Origin: Eukaryota sp. TZLM1-RC
Lineage: Eukaryota; Protista; Metamonada: BaSk clade
Assembly (NCBI GenBank): GCA_040285825.1
Contig: JAUPSS010000002.1
Coordinates: 372,001 to 436,000, forward strand
Reading direction: 5' to 3'
DNA: 64,000 nt
Shown here: positions 58,292 through 64,000 of the stretch, in pieces
Layout: each line of letters starts with the position of its first letter
Position numbering within the stretch: the stretch's first letter is position 1
Program-made: the position numbers and the translations under genes
The notes under the pieces: generated by a model
Databases searched by the model: none
What the model saw: the letters and a program-made list of their open reading frames with translations, nothing else
Told to the model about the DNA's origin: nothing

Positions 58292-61200
58292 CTACAAATT
58301 AAGCAATTCAGAAATATAAACTTCTTCACTCTGAGCCGTTTCCTTAAACTCTGCATTCTGTTTCAGTTTTTCCACATGTAACCTATACTTGTCAACAATG
58401 AACCTTGCAGCATACATTTCTCTCAAAGAAAGTTCATTTTGGGTGAAATTAAATCGAATCATGGCCTTGACTCGCTTTTTCTGACTGAGTTTGATAGTTC
58501 GTTCGACGTTTTTAGGAATATTCAAAGTGGTAGGGCCTAGTAATCTGATAATAATACTAGGTAGCAAATCATACACACAGATATACATTGGCTCAAGGTG
58601 ATTGGACTCATCACCTTTCTTATTGTACAACGGAACATCTAGAGACCTTAGTACCGTGTTAACAACTTCTACATTGGCTCCTGGACTAAGAGGAGGTTTC
58701 AGCGAACAAAAAAGCTCTTCAAGTTTGGTGACATTAATAAACCCAACACCATCTGGGTCGAGTGAACCCCAAATAGAAATGAAATCAGAAATATCAGAGG
58801 GAGTAATGACTGCCAAAAAGTCCTTGGAAGCAGTGACAAAAGCATCAACAATAGCTGCAGAAATTAAATTTAAAATAATGAACCTACACAAATAAATCAT
58901 TGGAATGAAAAATAAAGTAGAAGTAAGAGTTCCGTTACAATCAGGGGTATCAATTGGACAAGCAGCCGCATTGACCATCAACCCTTGCCATTCCTCACCG
59001 GAAGTAGCCATCACCAGTGTAAACATTGCAGAAAAGAAGTTCCTAAAGTGGACAATTGGTTCATACAGACCATCATTGACAATTCCAGTAGGAACATCAG
59101 CAAAAAATCTCATTCCATAGACGGCAAAGACAAAGAAGATCACCATTGCTACCACAGAGACTCCAGCCAGTGCAGGAAGGGCAATTGTGGTGGTTCTAAT
59201 AATCTTTCTAATTGAAGTTAGTCTTCTGGACAACCTCACAATCCTGAGTACTCGAAGCAACCTGAACAAAACAATGAAAGAGCCATAAGAAGAACCAACA
59301 AAGAAGGCACCAGACGTTGCAAGGACCACGAACAGGTCAAAAATATTCCAATAATCCGCCAAAAACATTTTACCAAAACCAATGATCTTGACTGTGATTT
59401 CAATAGCAAAAATGATGGTGAACACATCTCCAATTTGCCTAAAGAGAACAACCAAATCATCACTCATCCCCGCATGATAAGAGGCCAATAGAAGGGCATT
59501 TACAAGAATTAAAACAGTGACGAAAGAGTCAAAGTACTTCCAGTGGCCAATCTTAAAACAGACCTTCCTCAAAACAAAAGAATCGGAACAGGGTCTTATA
59601 GGTGCGCAAATAGATTTCGTTACACTGCTCAAAACCATTCTTGCCCTTCTTACTTCATCTGTTTCACCAGCCTTGGCTCTGATTTTGGCAGCTGAATCAG
59701 AAAATTCTTCAGTCAAAAGAGAGATGAATACATTGGTGATAATCCAAAACCCAAATACCATATAAGAAACAAAATAAATCATGGAAGAAATATCTGTAAC
59801 GTAGTATCTGAAAGCCGCAGGAAGGTACTCTTGGGTGGTGTAAGAAAAGAGAGAATACACTGCTTGAGGAACGTTATCAAACCCCAACAAAACACCAAAA
59901 TCATAATCACCTTGAAATGACGCAAGCCCTCCAAACATCTGAACTCCAACAATGCCAAAAACTGTTAAAAAGACCAAAAACAGCAAAGTTGCATTGAAAA
60001 TGGCAGGGGACGCCAATGCCAATGCCTGTGTCACAAGTTTGCCACTCTTGGAAAGCGACAGCAACCGTAAAGGACGCAGGGCTCTAAGGGAACGAAGCAA
60101 AGCCAAGGGGGAACCAGAAGGAACAAACACTTCGATAGCAGTAATGATAATAATGACTGAATCAAATGCAATAAAAGGAGTTCGAAACACGCCATTAACT
60201 CCGAATAAAGAAAGGGCAATCGAATTAATGACCAATTCCCCGAGGAAAACCAAGGCCAAGATATTTAAAATAAACTCAGAATGTCTTCTGGTCCAATGAT
60301 CAGGACTAACATCAGGTTGTTGAAGTGCCATTACAACACATGAAACAAAAACAAGAAAGTAAATAAAGGTGGTGAAGACAGTGGAAGAATTGAGCTTGAG
60401 ACATATTCTCCTGATTGGGTTGTCAAGGTGGAAGTAATTAAAAGAGTATTGGGCTCTTTCTTGAGGACTTCTCTTGACTTTCTTTGACTTTCTGGCCTTT
60501 TTGGTATCAATCACGTTAACATCCGTGTCTATAAGCTCACAATCAAACTGAATTGATTGATTCTTGATTTTCTCGGCTTCCCTTGCATTAACAAAGTTGT
60601 CGACAATAATTCCAATCAACAAATTCATTAACAAGAAAGTAAATACAACAATAATTGCAATGAAAAAAACACCAGCAATGAATGGATCCTTTGCATAGTC
60701 AAGGGTATCTGCAGCTAGATCATTCCAGTCCTCCCCAGTGGAGGTAAGCCAAGTGTTCTCTAACGAACGAATGAAGTTTGCAAAGTAAAATGAAGAAGGG
60801 TCATCAAGGGTAGCAATCTTTTCCGGATCAAAGACTTCAACTCCGATTGCGCTAAAGATAAACAAAAGGATTGTTACTATTGTAATAAAGGGAAGTAATT
60901 GCTTCATTGACGCAGCAATTGTGTTCAAAAGGCGGTGAAAAGATTTCCATGACCTTGACAGGGAGAAGATACGCAATACTCTTGCCAACCTAAATACCCT
61001 TAGAACTGAAAAACCTTGGAATTGAGGGAGATAAACCAAAAGTTCAATAACACCAAAGGTTACAATAACAATGTCAAATCCATCAAAAAAAGACTTTTTG
61101 AAATGTTTAACAATACTTCCAGTGGCACAAATTCTAAATAAAACTTCAATTAAAAACAATAGGGTGATGACTTGGTTAGCGGTAGACAACTTGGATTCAA

Positions 61201-62494
61201 GCGAATCACTCATTCCATAGTGGATGATTGAAAGAACGATCATATTGGAGAGCACGAAAACAGTTGATAACAATTCAAAAGTAAAAGTCATTACAATCTT
61301 TGAACAAAACTTTTTAATAAAATGAACCTGTTCCTTCTTAAAGATACTATTGACTTCATCGCCATCTACTTCCTCCGTCTGTACTTCTTGGCTCACATTG
61401 TAAAGGTTCTTAGAATGCTCAGTAGCCACCACTAGGTTGTAATCCCCGGTAAACTCATCCTTTACTAATATATATTCTTCCTTGGCTTCAACTTCACCAT
61501 ATTTGGTTGCAATAATGGCAGTAAAAAGATTCAAGACATAAAAAGCTCCGCCTATGCACACAAGAAACACATACCAATAACCAACAGAACCCATTGCTTC
61601 ATACGCAAAGGAGGTTTGATGAGCCCATCCCTCTAGAGTGAGCCCCCAAAAAATATTTAAAATTGCAATGAAAACATTATCAAAGGAGAGCCAATTTTCC
61701 TCAGGATTGGGAAAACCGTCCCTACATTCGTGACCAGGTACATCACAAGCCTGGCCAAGTCCAGAGGCAGAACAAATAAAGAAATCATCTTCCCAATCAT
61801 CCAAATCCATCACGTCATCATTAGACAGGTTGATTGGAACGCATCGGTAATGTAAGGCTCCCCGTAACAGTTGAACCCCAAACACAGCTGACACAAAGAC
61901 AAAGAAGAATAGGAAAATTAGAACAGGCCAAATAGCAGGGAACGTCCTAGCTAGTGATCTAGTGACCTTTTTCAGGGCAGGGACGGCATTGAGTGAACGG
62001 AGGGGACGAAAGACACGTAAAAGTCGAAAGATTGTTGGACGGCTGGAAAACCATGGTGAAAAGCTGATGATTGATAAAAGAACAATAATAAAGTCCATGC
62101 ATGAAAAGGCATCACGTAACAGAGACTTTGGTGACGCATAGAGTCCGACAGCAATTGCTCGAATGATGATCTCAATGGTAAAAAATATAGTAAAGAGCAC
62201 ATCCATCCACAACAAGGAGGATTCGTGTTCAATTGCTTGTTCATGGGAGAGAAAGAACAGTGGAGCTACAGAGAGCAATATGACCATTAACACGAACCAA
62301 TCGAAGAATGGATGAAATACCAATTTCAGACAGGTGGTTCGAGTAGTCCCATTCATATCAAAAATTCCTAATGAGCGTTGAGGGAGCATTTGTCGGATAG
62401 CATCCAAAGAAGTAGATTCTGCTCGTTTGAGCAGATCCTTCTGCTGCTGAGGAAGAACGGGTATGGGCTGAATAGGTTGGACGTCAGCCAACAT
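58292..62494 (-). CDS. Four-domain voltage-gated Ca2+ channel alpha-1-like subunit (1400 aa)
   Basis: Four S4 helices (RxxRxxR); pore loops TLEGW, TGEDW, TQEYL, SGEEW; C-terminal EF-hand-like W..LDP.G.GFI and IQ-like segment. Confidence 0.93.
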   Translation of the reverse strand: MLADVQPIQPIPVLPQQQKDLLKRAESTSLDAIRQMLPQRSLGIFDMNGTTRTTCLKLVFHPFFDWFVLMVILLSVAPLFFLSHEQAIEHESSLLWMDVLFTIFFTIEIIIRAIAVGLYASPKSLLRDAFSCMDFIIVLLSIISFSPWFSSRPTIFRLLRVFRPLRSLNAVPALKKVTRSLARTFPAIWPVLIFLFFFVFVSAVFGVQLLRGALHYRCVPINLSNDDVMDLDDWEDDFFICSASGLGQACDVPGHECRDGFPNPEENWLSFDNVFIAILNIFWGLTLEGWAHQTSFAYEAMGSVGYWYVFLVCIGGAFYVLNLFTAIIATKYGEVEAKEEYILVKDEFTGDYNLVVATEHSKNLYNVSQEVQTEEVDGDEVNSIFKKEQVHFIKKFCSKIVMTFTFELLSTVFVLSNMIVLSIIHYGMSDSLESKLSTANQVITLLFLIEVLFRICATGSIVKHFKKSFFDGFDIVIVTFGVIELLVYLPQFQGFSVLRVFRLARVLRIFSLSRSWKSFHRLLNTIAASMKQLLPFITIVTILLFIFSAIGVEVFDPEKIATLDDPSSFYFANFIRSLENTWLTSTGEDWNDLAADTLDYAKDPFIAGVFFIAIIVVFTFLLMNLLIGIIVDNFVNAREAEKIKNQSIQFDCELIDTDVNVIDTKKARKSKKVKRSPQERAQYSFNYFHLDNPIRRICLKLNSSTVFTTFIYFLVFVSCVVMALQQPDVSPDHWTRRHSEFILNILALVFLGELVINSIALSLFGVNGVFRTPFIAFDSVIIIITAIEVFVPSGSPLALLRSLRALRPLRLLSLSKSGKLVTQALALASPAIFNATLLFLVFLTVFGIVGVQMFGGLASFQGDYDFGVLLGFDNVPQAVYSLFSYTTQEYLPAAFRYYVTDISSMIYFVSYMVFGFWIITNVFISLLTEEFSDSAAKIRAKAGETDEVRRARMVLSSVTKSICAPIRPCSDSFVLRKVCFKIGHWKYFDSFVTVLILVNALLLASYHAGMSDDLVVLFRQIGDVFTIIFAIEITVKIIGFGKMFLADYWNIFDLFVVLATSGAFFVGSSYGSFIVLFRLLRVLRIVRLSRRLTSIRKIIRTTTIALPALAGVSVVAMVIFFVFAVYGMRFFADVPTGIVNDGLYEPIVHFRNFFSAMFTLVMATSGEEWQGLMVNAAACPIDTPDCNGTLTSTLFFIPMIYLCRFIILNLISAAIVDAFVTASKDFLAVITPSDISDFISIWGSLDPDGVGFINVTKLEELFCSLKPPLSPGANVEVVNTVLRSLDVPLYNKKGDESNHLEPMYICVYDLLPSIIIRLLGPTTLNIPKNVERTIKLSQKKRVKAMIRFNFTQNELSLREMYAARFIVDKYRLHVEKLKQNAEFKETAQSEEVYISELLNL

Positions 62495-62497
62495 ATT

Positions 62498-64000
62498 CTA
62501 TCAATATTGTACAAAGAATTTCACACAGTGTGAATATATTATTGAATTTGCACACTTAATTACATTAACTCAATACTAATGGGACGACTATCATTGAACC
62601 GAGATTTCCTCTACAAAATCTTGATCTGCTTGCTGTCTAGCTAAAGCTTCTCTTATTCGATTGAAAAACTGCGGTGTGAATATTGAATAAATATCCCTAA
62701 GAATTGTGTAAACTTCTCACCACCAAGGGTTAGTATACACTGAACACCTTGGAAATACGTTGATCAAAACAGCTACTGCTGTCTTCTTAGACGTCTCACA
62801 CGCCTTGGCCTTCTGAATGGTTCTGGCCTAGTACCAGTGAAGTACTCACTAATTGCAATCTCCAGCTGGTTTCTGGAGGCTGAGATGTCCCTAGACCAGT
62901 TGGTCTGATATCGAGGGCAATCGAACTTAGCGTTATTTACCCTTCCGTCATCATGATAGATCTTTCTATGAAAGACCTTACAGCAATTCACTTTTGCTGA
63001 GGTCATAAACTCGTCCCCCACTTTGACGCTTTCAAAGTGTTTTTTGATTTGGTTGAGAAATCTTTTTCGGGGGGGGGGTATTTCACAGATTGACGAGAGG
63101 GACCACCACCGCCATTGCCGAACCAAACTATAGTGTTTCTTCCTTCAGACAAGCGTTTAATTTTGTTAATAAAACTAGTTAGTCTCTTTTGTTTTCGTAT
63201 GAAGAAATCAAACTTATTTCTTCTCAGCTTTTTTCTTGCACCACGCTGCACATTTCCAGACATAATTGAAGCATATTCAGGCTCTTCCTCAGATTCAGGA
63301 ACATAAGGTAAACTTATTTCAATCAGATACTTTTGGAAGCTCTGAGCGGAATACGTGTTAGGAGTTGCTTGAGTGAGAGAAGGCTGGTGATTTAGTCTTC
63401 GTTCTTTTGGATTCAGTAGCAGTCCAGAACGTTCAAAAACAGGTGCAGAATTTCGGAAAGAACCAGTAGTCCAACCACAAAGATTGCTGTGGTTGGGATC
63501 AATGGCTACAAAAAACAAATTTTCATCAGGATCTCTGTAATTGGGCTGTTGTTCCACTGGTAACCGCGCTCTTCTCTGTGGATTTGCTCTTCTATGGACA
63601 TTAGATTTTCGTTTCCTTTCAGAGTTATGAAAATCATAATTTCCAGAGACTCGCCTGGGCTCAAATTCCGCTCTATTTGGCCTATTATAAGTTTTTCTTT
63701 CCTTCTGGGTAAACGTAAACCGCAAGGAATCACCATTCGAAAAAATGGTATAGTTAATAAATTTCGATTTATTAAAAAACCGATAAGGGTTGTTCAGAAG
63801 CTCTTTGTTTGCATTTAGTTTTGTGAAATAAGCTTCTGCTTCTTTAGTCAAGCTGCAGAAGCATGAAGACCAACTGGACAGTGGAAGGAGAGTGCCTTTT
63901 CATCACATCAGGGCAGTTATCTTCTAAAAAAGATAAAATGTGCAAGCCAGATTGAACGATTGTTGCAGCAGACTCCATATTGATGGGAAACCGTTCGTTT
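62498..64000 (-). mobile_element. Fanzor family C (frameshifted; runs off the window end) with 3' putative omega-RNA region
   Basis: FVAIDPNHSN, IVWFGNGG, GDEFMTSAKVNCC, WSRDISASRN; frameshifts at the G-run 63069-63078 and near 63885; ORF ends at 62773. Confidence 0.88.
62538..62673 (-). mobile_element. ~135-bp 3' stub of non-LTR family C inserted in the Fanzor C 3' region
   Basis: Encodes NRIREALARQQADQDFVEEISVQ*; TSD GTGTGAATAT at 62528-62537 and 62674-62683. Confidence 0.88.

Noticed and set aside
63069-63078. G10 run as a programmed frameshift in Fanzor C
   Set aside because: More simply a homopolymer slippage or sequencing error; the copy has another frameshift and a mutated Zn-finger Cys.

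Overview
AT-rich, intron-poor, compact eukaryotic (protist-like) genomic window; the organism cannot be identified from sequence alone. About a dozen host genes are present: Mei2-like RRM protein, asparaginyl-tRNA synthetase, USP22/Ubp8-like deubiquitinase, RCC1-like protein, COMM-domain protein, NFRKB-like protein, LRR-ankyrin protein, a four-domain EEEE voltage-gated Ca2+ channel and several unknowns. They are embedded in nested mobile DNA of three kinds. (i) Ty3/Gypsy LTR elements and non-autonomous derivatives with 4-bp TSDs. (ii) At least four families of RLE-type (CRE-like) non-LTR retrotransposons, mostly 5'-truncated, with variable TSDs. (iii) At least four distinct Fanzor (eukaryotic TnpB/RuvC) families in six coding copies, plus a probable solo right-end remnant. 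The best Fanzor copy (54345-56741) has an uninterrupted 645-aa frame followed by a ~275-nt structured putative omega-RNA. Families A and B share a right-end motif (hairpin + GAA-WT-(T)C-W-CAGTAG), and the complete family A copy has no transposase or clear TIRs. Several right ends sit 3-43 nt upstream of co-oriented host start codons (Mei2, Cav channel, a 354-aa gene), so their predicted guides are host 5' ends. Five LTR/internal junctions share a covarying hairpin where a tRNA primer-binding site is expected. Coordinates of degenerate elements are approximate, and all family calls come from motif recognition, not database searches.
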